The notes under the pieces are model-generated. The model had not been told where the DNA came from, did not search any database, and saw only the letters and a list, made by a program, of their open reading frames with translations. The position numbers were made by a program, and so were the translations under genes. Below, piece after piece: positions 9,939-18,396 of a stretch of DNA of 54,704 nucleotides. This DNA is from a virus (taxonomy: Duplodnaviria > Caudoviricetes), in IMG/VR virus record IMGVR_UViG_3300030105_002351, positions 1 through 54,704 of that record; one strand, given 5' to 3'. Every line of letters begins with the position of its first letter. Position 1 is the first letter of the stretch.

Positions 9939-10142
9939 CTATTTTTCCAAGTTCCTTTGAACAAAATCCAAAAGTTCTCGTTCTGCGAGGGCTAATCCCT
10001 CTATAATACCAGCCATTTTTTGATACTCGGAGAAGTCTTTACAAGCTCCTGTACTCATATGGTCAGCGTGATCGTTCATAAAAGTCCGAAGCTTTATTTT
10101 CATATGCTCGGATAATGATAGTTCTGTGCTAGCAATGTTCAT
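9939..10142 (-). CDS. Small hypothetical protein
   Basis: G...DF.EY....G.I.GL motif, commonly found between portal and groES. Confidence 0.65.
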   Translation of the reverse strand: MNIASTELSLSEHMKIKLRTFMNDHADHMSTGACKDFSEYQKMAGIIEGLALAERELLDFVQRNLEK

Positions 10143-10175
10143 ACATATTACTTTATGATTGCATTATTATTTCTT

Positions 10176-12644
10176 TTAACTATCTTCAAGCAAATCTTTA
10201 GCCAAGTCAACTCCTTTTAAAAAGTCATCTGTCGCTTTTTGATTATCTAACTGGTCTGCTTTTAATAATTCACTAGCAGCTTTAGAACCTATTTGCGCTC
10301 CAGCTATTTGTGTTTGAGATTTAATTCTTTCTCTTTCTATTGCATCTCTGTTAGCAGCTTTAGCAGCATCAAGTTGTAAACGCTTCTCACCTTCTTCTGC
10401 TCTACGCAATGCTTCTTGTTCTTTAATAGCTACTTCTTTTTCTTTAGCTTGTATTAGTGGGTCTTTTTGCATTTCTTGTACACGAAGTTTCTCTGCTCTT
10501 TGTTGAGAAGTACCTAGAACTCTTTGTGCTGCTTCTGCAACCAAGCTAGAAATTCGTTTTTCCATATCAGCAGGTAGCGGTTCACCAAGAGGCGGTAACT
10601 CAACACCAAGTTCTTTTTCAATGTCTTCTCTGTATTTCATTGTTAGATGTTCATTTACATAAGCAGATGCTGCTGCAAGAATACCTGCTGCGTTTGGACT
10701 TTTTTCTACTGTTTGCATTATTTCTTGGTTTTGCTGTACTGAAGCAATCACTTCAATGTGAGCATCGTGATCTTGATTAATAAATGCTTTAACAGGTTTG
10801 CCATTAATAAGATTTTGAACGGCTGATACTGGATCAACTGGTTTAATGTCGTTTTCGTCAGGAACTATTTCATCTACATCATTAATGCCTAACACTCCCA
10901 GCATTTGTCTATGTAGCTCTGGTAAGTTATACATATTAGGTGCTGTTTGTGACAATTGCATAGCAGCCTGATATTGCATAATTCTTTGAGCCATAGTTGC
11001 TGCATTAGGATCAGATACAGGCAGTACATCTATTTTTTTATCAAAGTCTTCTGCTTTAATAAATTCTTCTTCGTCTGTTTCATAAGGATAGGCTGGCTCT
11101 GTAAAGTCTCTAACAATGCCAACTAAAATATCAAATTCTTTTTTCATTGCTGCATGAAGCCTAGCTTGTACGGCACTCATTACTTTTTGATTTCTTTCCA
11201 TTAAAGCAAGAGTTGTACCTACAGGTGCTTGGCTATTCATATCAGATATTTTCATATCCGAAATGCTTGCAAAGCGTCTGCCTTCTTCTACAATATTTTG
11301 AAGCAACTGATACAAAGTTGCAGATGGTTCTTTGTAGGGTAAGAAAGCAATGTTGTCTCTTATAGCTCCACCTGGTACATCAACATCTCTAAATTCACCA
11401 GGCATAATAGGTGTATCATCACCTTTAATTCTAAGTCCTCTGGCTTTTAGTCCACCAGGTAAGTTAGATAAAGTGCCTGCATCTACAAGTTGTCTGAGGA
11501 TTGATGTTGCTGATTTAGCTAATCCACCTACCATATGTATTAAACCAAACCCATAAAACCCTAGACCTGGTAAGTATTGATAGTGAACGAAGTGCATTCT
11601 TCGTAATTTTTTAGGATCATCTTCAAAGTAGTTTCTACGAACACTAAGAATTTTGCCACTGGGAAAATCTATTGTTACTACATAAGGTATAGCAACCCCT
11701 GTTTCTTCTCCAGATTCATCGGTTTCTTCATAACCTTTTAGGTCTAAATCTACCTGCATTTCTAAAATAGTATGCGTGTTGTCATAATTATAAGTAGATG
11801 ATTCACCAGTAATTTCATCATACTTTTTGTCTATATCGTTGTAACTTCTTGAGCTATCAGGTAATTCTATGTCTTTATAGAATCCATTGACTTGCATTTT
11901 CCTAATAGAGTTAGAAGACTTACGCATAACATGGGTAGCTCTCTCACAAGTTTCTAGGTCACTTGCCCCATAATTAATAACAACATCTTCTGCTGGTATA
12001 AAGATAGAGCTAGGTCTATCTAAACTTGGATCAAAATATACTTTGCGAAACGCAGAACCTGCTAATGGTAAAGAAAATAACATTTTTTCAGTTTCTGTAC
12101 GATACTCAGACATTTCATGCGTGAGTAAATAGTTTAAGTAGTCTTCTACTCTTTGTGCTTGTTTTTGTTTGTCATCAGTCATTTTACCTACAATCTTTGT
12201 TCTAACTGGACCCTGTGCTGGAAACATTTCAGTAATAGATTGAGATTGAAAGCGTATGACTGCTTCACTAAGCATTGGATGAAATACACCACAAGCACCA
12301 GACCAAGGTGTAGTTTTTTCTTCTTGCTTTAACCCTAGCTGATCAAGCCCTTTAATGTAAGTTTCTTCCCAATCAGATCGTGATTCTTTATCGCCTTTAT
12401 ATGCGCTAATTAATTCATTGCCTAGCTCATTAAGTTTTTGATCATCCATAAATTCAGCTAGGTTTGAGTCAAAATCTTCATCACCTGCTTCTTTAGAATT
12501 AGGATCAAAATCAATAATCATCCCACCATCTTCTGTTTCTATTGAAACTGATTCTGGGTTTTCGATAGCAATGCTTATTGCTTCTGGAGATTCTTGCTCT
12601 ACTGTTCCTTCAATCGGAGTAGCTGGTTGTCTTTCGATTGCCAT
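10176..12644 (-). CDS. Portal protein
   Basis: 822 aa after terminase; HPMLSEA...FQ, LPLAGSAF.KVY.D, FYGFGLIH, RQLVDAGTLSNLP motifs. Confidence 0.9.
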   Translation of the reverse strand: MAIERQPATPIEGTVEQESPEAISIAIENPESVSIETEDGGMIIDFDPNSKEAGDEDFDSNLAEFMDDQKLNELGNELISAYKGDKESRSDWEETYIKGLDQLGLKQEEKTTPWSGACGVFHPMLSEAVIRFQSQSITEMFPAQGPVRTKIVGKMTDDKQKQAQRVEDYLNYLLTHEMSEYRTETEKMLFSLPLAGSAFRKVYFDPSLDRPSSIFIPAEDVVINYGASDLETCERATHVMRKSSNSIRKMQVNGFYKDIELPDSSRSYNDIDKKYDEITGESSTYNYDNTHTILEMQVDLDLKGYEETDESGEETGVAIPYVVTIDFPSGKILSVRRNYFEDDPKKLRRMHFVHYQYLPGLGFYGFGLIHMVGGLAKSATSILRQLVDAGTLSNLPGGLKARGLRIKGDDTPIMPGEFRDVDVPGGAIRDNIAFLPYKEPSATLYQLLQNIVEEGRRFASISDMKISDMNSQAPVGTTLALMERNQKVMSAVQARLHAAMKKEFDILVGIVRDFTEPAYPYETDEEEFIKAEDFDKKIDVLPVSDPNAATMAQRIMQYQAAMQLSQTAPNMYNLPELHRQMLGVLGINDVDEIVPDENDIKPVDPVSAVQNLINGKPVKAFINQDHDAHIEVIASVQQNQEIMQTVEKSPNAAGILAAASAYVNEHLTMKYREDIEKELGVELPPLGEPLPADMEKRISSLVAEAAQRVLGTSQQRAEKLRVQEMQKDPLIQAKEKEVAIKEQEALRRAEEGEKRLQLDAAKAANRDAIERERIKSQTQIAGAQIGSKAASELLKADQLDNQKATDDFLKGVDLAKDLLEDS

Positions 12645-12652
12645 GTAAAATC

Positions 12653-14149
12653 CTAATAATAATTTGCAGTTCGGTTATGTTCTAAAGGTTCATCTTCTTC
12701 ATCTGAATGCAATGGAATAAAACCACCTTGCCTAAATCTTAACAGAGCTTGCGTGGTGCTATCAACTAAATCATCATGTTCCATGTTAGGAAATCCAGCA
12801 AATTGTTCTATAACTTCTTCTGCCCATCTAGTTGAAGGAGCATATACAACACCTGACGCAAATAGGTCTGATACTGCATTTACCCTTGAAATTTTGTCAT
12901 TACCACGACTCGGTGTATATTCTTGTACTAAAATACCTATTGCCCTTAATTCAAAGATTAGAGGCATACCAGCAGCTTTTGCTTCAATGATACAAGCATC
13001 AGGACTGTATGCTTTATATTTTTCTAATGCCATCTTTTTAAGATCAGGAAACTCTAATCGTTCTTGATAAGCATCTATCAGTATAACATTAGGACACATT
13101 TGTCCTTCATCATCTTCTTTGTAAAAAACACCCCATGTAGTACAAGCAGAATAATCAGCTCTTTGATTTTTTAAAAAAGCTGTATCCCAAGATTGTATAA
13201 TAAACTCACAATTTGGTGGTTCTCTGCCTTCCCACGTTTTCCACCAATCTCTTTTGACTATTGCGCCTTCTTCGGAGGTGGGGTCTTGTTGGTATTGTGC
13301 CATCCATTTACTGTTAGGCAATTCAGCTTTCAGTGAAAGCAATTCATTTAGTTTCCAAAATTCTTCCCATAAAGGATTACCAGAAGGCATAATGGCTGGA
13401 AGTTCTATGACTTCCCACTGATCTGCACCACCACGTTTGATGCTTGCGTCTATTACTTGACCTGTTAGGTCTTTATTGTGCCATCGAGTCATTACAACAA
13501 CGATAGCTCCATTTGGCTGTAATCGCTGTCTAGGACCAGAGGTGTACCATTCATAGGTACGATTGAATACATTGATGTCTGAACTAGCCCCTTCTTGCTC
13601 TGAATGGGGGTCATCAATAATAAGAAGATCAGCACCTTTACCTGTTACCGCACCACCTACACCAATCGCAAAGTAGTCACCACCTTTGGAAGTGTTCCAA
13701 CGACCAGCAGCTTTACTGTCTGATTGTAGGCTAACGTCAGGAAATATGTTCTTGTAGTCTTGGCTATTAACAAGGTTTCTTACCTTACGACCAAAACCAA
13801 CAGCTAATTCTGCTGTGTGGGCTGTTTGTATAATTTTTTTGTTAGGATACTTGCCTAAGAACCAAGCAGGTAATAAATAAGAAGCAAACTCACTCTTAGT
13901 ATGTCTAGGTGGCATATTAATAATTAAACGCTTCAGCTCACCTTTAGCTACTCTTTCAAAAGCTTCAGCCATAATCTCATGATGTCTTCCATGAATGAAT
14001 GCTGACCAAACCTCTCCAACAAAATCCATAAAACTATCTTGACACTTTTCTCTGGACTTAGCTTTTTCTAGTTCTTGTAGCAAAACTAATATTTCTGCTT
14101 TCTGGGATTCAGATAAGTTCCCAACTTTGCTTAAAATACTCTTATCCAT
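12653..14149 (-). CDS. terL: Terminase large subunit
   Basis: INMPPRHTKS (Walker A), LIIDDPH (Walker B), MTRW, QSWDTAF and HDDLVDS nuclease motifs. Confidence 0.95.
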   Translation of the reverse strand: MDKSILSKVGNLSESQKAEILVLLQELEKAKSREKCQDSFMDFVGEVWSAFIHGRHHEIMAEAFERVAKGELKRLIINMPPRHTKSEFASYLLPAWFLGKYPNKKIIQTAHTAELAVGFGRKVRNLVNSQDYKNIFPDVSLQSDSKAAGRWNTSKGGDYFAIGVGGAVTGKGADLLIIDDPHSEQEGASSDINVFNRTYEWYTSGPRQRLQPNGAIVVVMTRWHNKDLTGQVIDASIKRGGADQWEVIELPAIMPSGNPLWEEFWKLNELLSLKAELPNSKWMAQYQQDPTSEEGAIVKRDWWKTWEGREPPNCEFIIQSWDTAFLKNQRADYSACTTWGVFYKEDDEGQMCPNVILIDAYQERLEFPDLKKMALEKYKAYSPDACIIEAKAAGMPLIFELRAIGILVQEYTPSRGNDKISRVNAVSDLFASGVVYAPSTRWAEEVIEQFAGFPNMEHDDLVDSTTQALLRFRQGGFIPLHSDEEDEPLEHNRTANYY

Positions 14150-14201
14150 TTACTGTCCTAATAAAAAGGGATTTATGAATTCAGTAATATGAAAAACAAA
14201 C

Positions 14202-14331
14202 CTATACCTGGTACATACTTACTAGGTATATATACCTACTAGGTAAACAAAAAAAAATAAAAACTTAATAAGTAAACATAGGTAGGCACTTACTGGGTAT
14301 ATACCTAATAGAAAGTATGTACTAGGTATAG
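14202..14331. repeat. Long imperfect inverted repeat with nested palindromes
   Basis: 14202-14220 is the reverse complement of 14313-14331 with one mismatch; TAGGTATATATACCTA at 14223-14238 is a perfect palindrome. Confidence 0.8.
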
Positions 14332-14648
14332 AATCATACATGATGATAACATAATGCACCCCCTTCACAGCAAAAGCAACTGGTAAATTTGAAAAAAAAT
14401 AGGGTGGGGGGGCATAAAACATATTACCACTAAGGAAAAAACCAAAACAAACAAACAAAGCTAGCATAATGCTATATAAATAGGGGGGGTCTGTAAAAAG
14501 TAAGTGATATTACGAGCAGATTACTATGTATATATGATAGTCAAGTACTCGTTGCAAAAAAAGGGGGGTCGGGGTGGGCTTTTTATACCGAAAATCTGAG
14601 AAACTACCCGATACCCTATAAAACATATTCCTGAGAGCCAATACAGTC

Positions 14649-15149
14649 CTATTGATTGTCGGCTAATAGTAGCTGAGATAGACGAGCCTCGATGTCCTGC
14701 TGTATATCGCTCGATGTTCTGCTATCTGATCGCTGTTCTATAACCTCGGTGAAAATGCCTGCACTTTTACCCAGCAAACCCAGAGCCGATATCCTTGCGC
14801 TATCTGATTCAGCAGTGGTCGCTTCAAGCTTTAACTGTTTAAGCACGAAGTCCTTAACTGACTGCTCTCTTATGAGTTCCTGACGTGCTGTATCTGCCCT
14901 TTTACGCTCAATTCCTGCCTCTATCCTTAGTGAACACTTAGGGTTCGCTAATAGCTTACAGGCTTCGACCTCCACCCATTGCGGAACCTTACCCTTGCTA
15001 TTGAGTGATACGTCATAGATTTCAGCGTATGCCTGCTTGTTCGACTCATACTTATTCTGAATGATTGCCTGACAAAATGCCTCCTGCTTTGCTGTCAATT
15101 TATCATTGCTGACCAGCTTCAATTTACCTTTACCTTTTTTCTTATCCAT
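14649..15149 (-). CDS. Putative terminase small subunit
   Basis: LTAKQEAFC...AY...Y...A.KLLANPK HTH-like N-terminus, R.SAL.LLGK; upstream of terL; start placed at ATG 15149. Confidence 0.7.
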   Translation of the reverse strand: MDKKKGKGKLKLVSNDKLTAKQEAFCQAIIQNKYESNKQAYAEIYDVSLNSKGKVPQWVEVEACKLLANPKCSLRIEAGIERKRADTARQELIREQSVKDFVLKQLKLEATTAESDSARISALGLLGKSAGIFTEVIEQRSDSRTSSDIQQDIEARLSQLLLADNQ

Positions 15150-15240
15150 CGCTGATTCCAATTTATTATTTACTAGTAAAATATATTTCATGACCGCGTA
15201 ATTACTCACTTAATTATGGACTAATTGATCCTGATTTTTA

Positions 15241-15310
15241 ATGACTGCAATCAGCTATCAGGTATAATGTTTACTAAAATGTTTACATAGTGATTTTTAT
15301 CAAGTAAAGT
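15241..15310 (+). promoter_or_regulatory. Tandem sigma70-like promoters of the early operon
   Basis: ATGACT-N16-TATAAT (15241-15268) and TTTACA-N17-TAAAGT (15282-15310). Confidence 0.5.
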
Positions 15311-15334
15311 GGCTTTGCCACTTTCGGCAAACAA

Positions 15335-15350
15335 CGACCTCGGAGGTCAA
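15335..15350 (+). promoter_or_regulatory. SD-occluding hairpin motif, copy 1
   Basis: CGACCT-CGG-AGGTCAA, 4 nt before ATG 15355. Confidence 0.75.
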
Positions 15351-15354
15351 TATT

Positions 15355-15813
15355 ATGAGTAACTATTACGAAGTAACTGCAACACTGGATGACTATGACG
15401 AAGTGCTATTCGGTAGCTATATATTGGCTGAAGCGAAGTCTGAATTGTATGTGATTAAACCTAGTGCAAAGCATGATGGATATAAGAATATCCGCATAGA
15501 AAGTCGAGATTGTCCTGATGCACCTGAATATGTTCGGGTACCCTTGCAATCAGTAAAATTAGGTGGCGAGTTTAAGCTGAAGCCTGACGCTGAGAATGTA
15601 TACACTAAAGATTATTATAATCGATATGCTACTGATCAATATGGCGATTTACGACCTAGCTATACCTGTACAAGAATATGGGATTCTAACCACGAATTGT
15701 ATCTACTGCCTAAACGGAAAGTGTATGTTTTAACATCACAATGTAAGAACAATCTAATTGGCGGAACAGGAAATTATGAATATCAGAATGCCTTATTTAA
15801 TGTAAAAACATAA
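15355..15813 (+). CDS. Hypothetical early protein
   Basis: 152 aa with GGAGG RBS. Confidence 0.75.
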   Translation: MSNYYEVTATLDDYDEVLFGSYILAEAKSELYVIKPSAKHDGYKNIRIESRDCPDAPEYVRVPLQSVKLGGEFKLKPDAENVYTKDYYNRYATDQYGDLRPSYTCTRIWDSNHELYLLPKRKVYVLTSQCKNNLIGGTGNYEYQNALFNVKT

Positions 15814-15817
15814 ATTC

Positions 15818-15873
15818 TCACTCTGACGATCTGGATTAGTGATCTAGTGAAACCGACTTAGGTCGGTAAGTGA
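15818..15873 (+). ncRNA. Hammerhead ribozyme, type I (HH1)
   Basis: Stem I TCACT/AGTGA; core CTGACGA; stem II CTGGATT/GATCTAG; GAAA; stem III CCGAC/GTCGG; predicted cleavage after GUA at 15868. Confidence 0.9.
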
Positions 15874-15897
15874 AAACTAAAACAATGAGGTTATATT

Positions 15898-16143
15898 ATG
15901 AAATTAGCAACGAAGGAAAAAACTAGGATTGATACTTTTACAAGTGAATTATTCAGAAATTATACAGGCGTAAGTGATCAATGCAGTTTTGAGGAATTAA
16001 CTGGTTTAGCAATGGATTTCATTATTACGATACATAACGATTTTGAAGGTTTAAGTATAGATTATGATGCCATTGAATATGCTCATAATTATTTAGGGCA
16101 GGAAGGTTTAACGCAGGGTGACTTGCCAAACGACCTTAATTAA
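15898..16143 (+). CDS. Hypothetical early protein flanked by two hammerheads
   Basis: 81 aa with GAGG RBS. Confidence 0.75.
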   Translation: MKLATKEKTRIDTFTSELFRNYTGVSDQCSFEELTGLAMDFIITIHNDFEGLSIDYDAIEYAHNYLGQEGLTQGDLPNDLN

Positions 16144-16145
16144 AT

Positions 16146-16202
16146 TCACTCTGACGATCTGGGTTGGTGACCTAGTGAAACCCTCGCTAAGAGGGTAAGT
16201 GA
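16146..16202 (+). ncRNA. Hammerhead ribozyme, type I (HH2)
   Basis: Stem I TCACT/AGTGA; CTGACGA; stem II CTGGGTT/GACCTAG; GAAA; stem III CCCTC/GAGGG; predicted cleavage after GUA at 16197; compensatory changes relative to HH1. Confidence 0.92.
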
Positions 16203-16218
16203 TAACTTAAATATAAAA

Positions 16219-16234
16219 CGACCTTGGAGGTCAA
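16219..16234 (+). promoter_or_regulatory. SD-occluding hairpin motif, copy 2
   Basis: CGACCT-TGG-AGGTCAA, just before ATG 16237. Confidence 0.75.
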
Positions 16235-16236
16235 AA

Positions 16237-17295
16237 ATGAATACATCACCAAAAAAAGCAACGAAGATATTGGATAGCTGTTACAAGTCCAAAACTACCG
16301 CATTCTTAATTGGCGGTACAGGAATCGGCAAGTCTGAGATTGTCAAAACATTCGCAAAGAATAAGGCGAAGGAATTGGGCTTGAAGTTTACGCAGGACTG
16401 CATTGCACCGAATGATAGTCAATTCGGATATATAGATTTCAGGCTATCTCTGATGGAATCTATCGACCTTGGCGGACTGCCTATTGTGAACGATGACGGA
16501 ACCCAGAGCCGAGCATTTTTACCGAATCTGCCGACTTCAGGACAAGGTATTCTATTCTTGGACGAATTCGCTCAAGCGAATATGTCAGTAATGGCGATAG
16601 CAGGGCAATTGCTTCATGAAAAAAGAATCGGTGAGTACATTATGCCTGAAGGATGGACTGTCATTTGCGCAGGAAATCGCGCCTCCGATAGAGCAGGATC
16701 AATCGCTATTCCATCCCATGCCATCGGGCGAGTAGTAATGATTAATGTCGATGTGTCAACGCAGGACTGGCTCGACCATGCTCAATCAATTGGAGTGCAT
16801 GAGAACGTCCTAGGGTTCATAGGATTTCAGCAACAATATCTGAACAATTTTGATCCTAAAGTAAAAGACGCTCAAGCAAGCCCTCGATCATGGGTAAGAC
16901 TGAGCGATTTATTAAATACTGATCCTGTACCTGAGATCATTCAGGACTTATCCGCAGGATGTATCGGAGAGCAGGCGACCATTGAATTCATGAATTTTAT
17001 GTCATTGAAAAACGATGTACCTGATTTAAGGGAGATTGTCGCAGGTAAGGACGTAGCAATACCCGATCAGGGAGGCATAATGTATGCCACCATATGCGCT
17101 CTAATATCAGCTATCAAGCAAGCAGGCGATTCGACTGACGAATGGTTCGACAATGCGATGGCATATATCAATCGGTTTCCTTCGCCAGAATATGGAATCT
17201 TTTTTGTTAAGACGCTATCGAGTGTTGTACCTGAGATCGTCAACACGAAAACATATGGCGATTTCAAAGTAGCGAATCAGGACTTAGAATTTTAA
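16237..17295 (+). CDS. AAA+ ATPase (MoxR/dynein-related family)
   Basis: GGTGIGKS Walker A, DLGGLP, ILFLDEF Walker B, AGNR..D, SPRSW sensor 2. Confidence 0.88.
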   Translation: MNTSPKKATKILDSCYKSKTTAFLIGGTGIGKSEIVKTFAKNKAKELGLKFTQDCIAPNDSQFGYIDFRLSLMESIDLGGLPIVNDDGTQSRAFLPNLPTSGQGILFLDEFAQANMSVMAIAGQLLHEKRIGEYIMPEGWTVICAGNRASDRAGSIAIPSHAIGRVVMINVDVSTQDWLDHAQSIGVHENVLGFIGFQQQYLNNFDPKVKDAQASPRSWVRLSDLLNTDPVPEIIQDLSAGCIGEQATIEFMNFMSLKNDVPDLREIVAGKDVAIPDQGGIMYATICALISAIKQAGDSTDEWFDNAMAYINRFPSPEYGIFFVKTLSSVVPEIVNTKTYGDFKVANQDLEF

Positions 17296-17350
17296 TTGAT
17301 AAGCGAGGCGGATATATTTTATATACCAGTAAAATATATTTTTCCTCGCA

Positions 17351-17400
17351 GGGTTCTGCAAGTGATTACTTGCACTGATGAAGCTTCAAGCAGAAAACCC
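17351..17400 (+). ncRNA. Hammerhead ribozyme, type III (HH3)
   Basis: Stem III GGGTT/AACCC; predicted cleavage after UUC at 17356; stem I TGCAAGT/ACTTGCA; core CTGATGA; short stem II GCT/AGC; GAAA. Confidence 0.85.
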
Positions 17401-17414
17401 ATCAGAAATTATTA

Positions 17415-17430
17415 TGACCTAGGAGGTCAA
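17415..17430 (+). promoter_or_regulatory. SD-occluding hairpin motif, copy 3
   Basis: TGACCT-AGG-AGGTCAA, 3 nt before ATG 17434. Confidence 0.75.
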
Positions 17431-17433
17431 AAA

Positions 17434-18396
17434 ATGAATAGTAACTCAAACGCACTTTGCGAAAATGCAACATTGGTCAGGCTGACAATGAAGCATCCTA
17501 GCGGAATTAAATGCGACAAAAAAGCGCGATCTGAATGCGCTGAAGCAAACTCGATTTATAATGAAAAACTTGTCAGCGTATCTAAGCATATATTCGGCTT
17601 TGATATTAACAAGGAATTCAGGCGAATCGAGAATGGCATTCGTAATGATTTTTATTATGCGATGACTATGCCATGGGATGACGCGACAAACGATGGCGAT
17701 AAGCAAGCGTCTGGATGGAGGCTTTGCCCGAATAAGAATCTGGATAAACTTCAAATTGAAATCAACATGGCAGAAATTGCATTCAATAAAGAACGCGACC
17801 ATGCAGTCAAAGAATTCGATGCGAGGATTGCTAGTGCAAATGTTGAATTGGGTAGCTTGTTTAATATCAGCGACTACCCAACAAGAGATGAATTTGAAGC
17901 GAAATTCATTTTTGATTTTCAATTGCAAATGGTTCCATCTTATAACCACGATATAAGAATCAATTGTTCTGATGACTTTAAAAAGAAAATCGAGGATCAG
18001 GCGATAGCAAAACAAAATGCGAATATCAAAAATTCTTATAAGCAAGTAGTAGAAGGATTGATTGATAGCGTGTCGCATATTGCTGATAAAGTCGGAGAGT
18101 ATGATCCGAAAAATAAGCAAGGCGGATTTTTTAATAAATCAAGCTTCGATAATTTGAGAAAAACTATCTCAAATATTCCTGCAATCAATTCCGATATTCT
18201 TGGCGATGATCCTGCAATCACGAAGGCGCATCAATCACTTGTCAAAGTAATGTCGGGCATTACTAATGTCGAAGGATTACGCGAGGACAATCCAACGTCT
18301 ACCCAAAACCGCGAAGATTTATCCAAGGATTTAAAAGAATCTATCAGCGATCTAAAAGGCGGATTCATGGAAAATCTATATGGGGGCAAAAAATGA
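17434..18396 (+). CDS. Helical protein, possibly DUF3150-like
   Basis: Start reassigned to ATG 17434 after GGAGG; T.PW.D....G.RL.PN and LG.LFN..DYP motifs; between the AAA and VWA genes. Confidence 0.7.
   Translation: MNSNSNALCENATLVRLTMKHPSGIKCDKKARSECAEANSIYNEKLVSVSKHIFGFDINKEFRRIENGIRNDFYYAMTMPWDDATNDGDKQASGWRLCPNKNLDKLQIEINMAEIAFNKERDHAVKEFDARIASANVELGSLFNISDYPTRDEFEAKFIFDFQLQMVPSYNHDIRINCSDDFKKKIEDQAIAKQNANIKNSYKQVVEGLIDSVSHIADKVGEYDPKNKQGGFFNKSSFDNLRKTISNIPAINSDILGDDPAITKAHQSLVKVMSGITNVEGLREDNPTSTQNREDLSKDLKESISDLKGGFMENLYGGKK

Noticed and set aside
14222-14467. 81-aa ORF in the terminase gap
   Set aside because: Runs through palindromes and homopolymer tracts with no RBS; probably spurious
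17296-17433. N-terminal extension of the 366-aa ORF
   Set aside because: It spans a hairpin and hammerhead HH3 and lacks an RBS; ATG 17434 has a strong GGAGG
17446-18120. 224-aa minus-strand ORF
   Set aside because: Antisense to a coupled operon gene; no recognisable features
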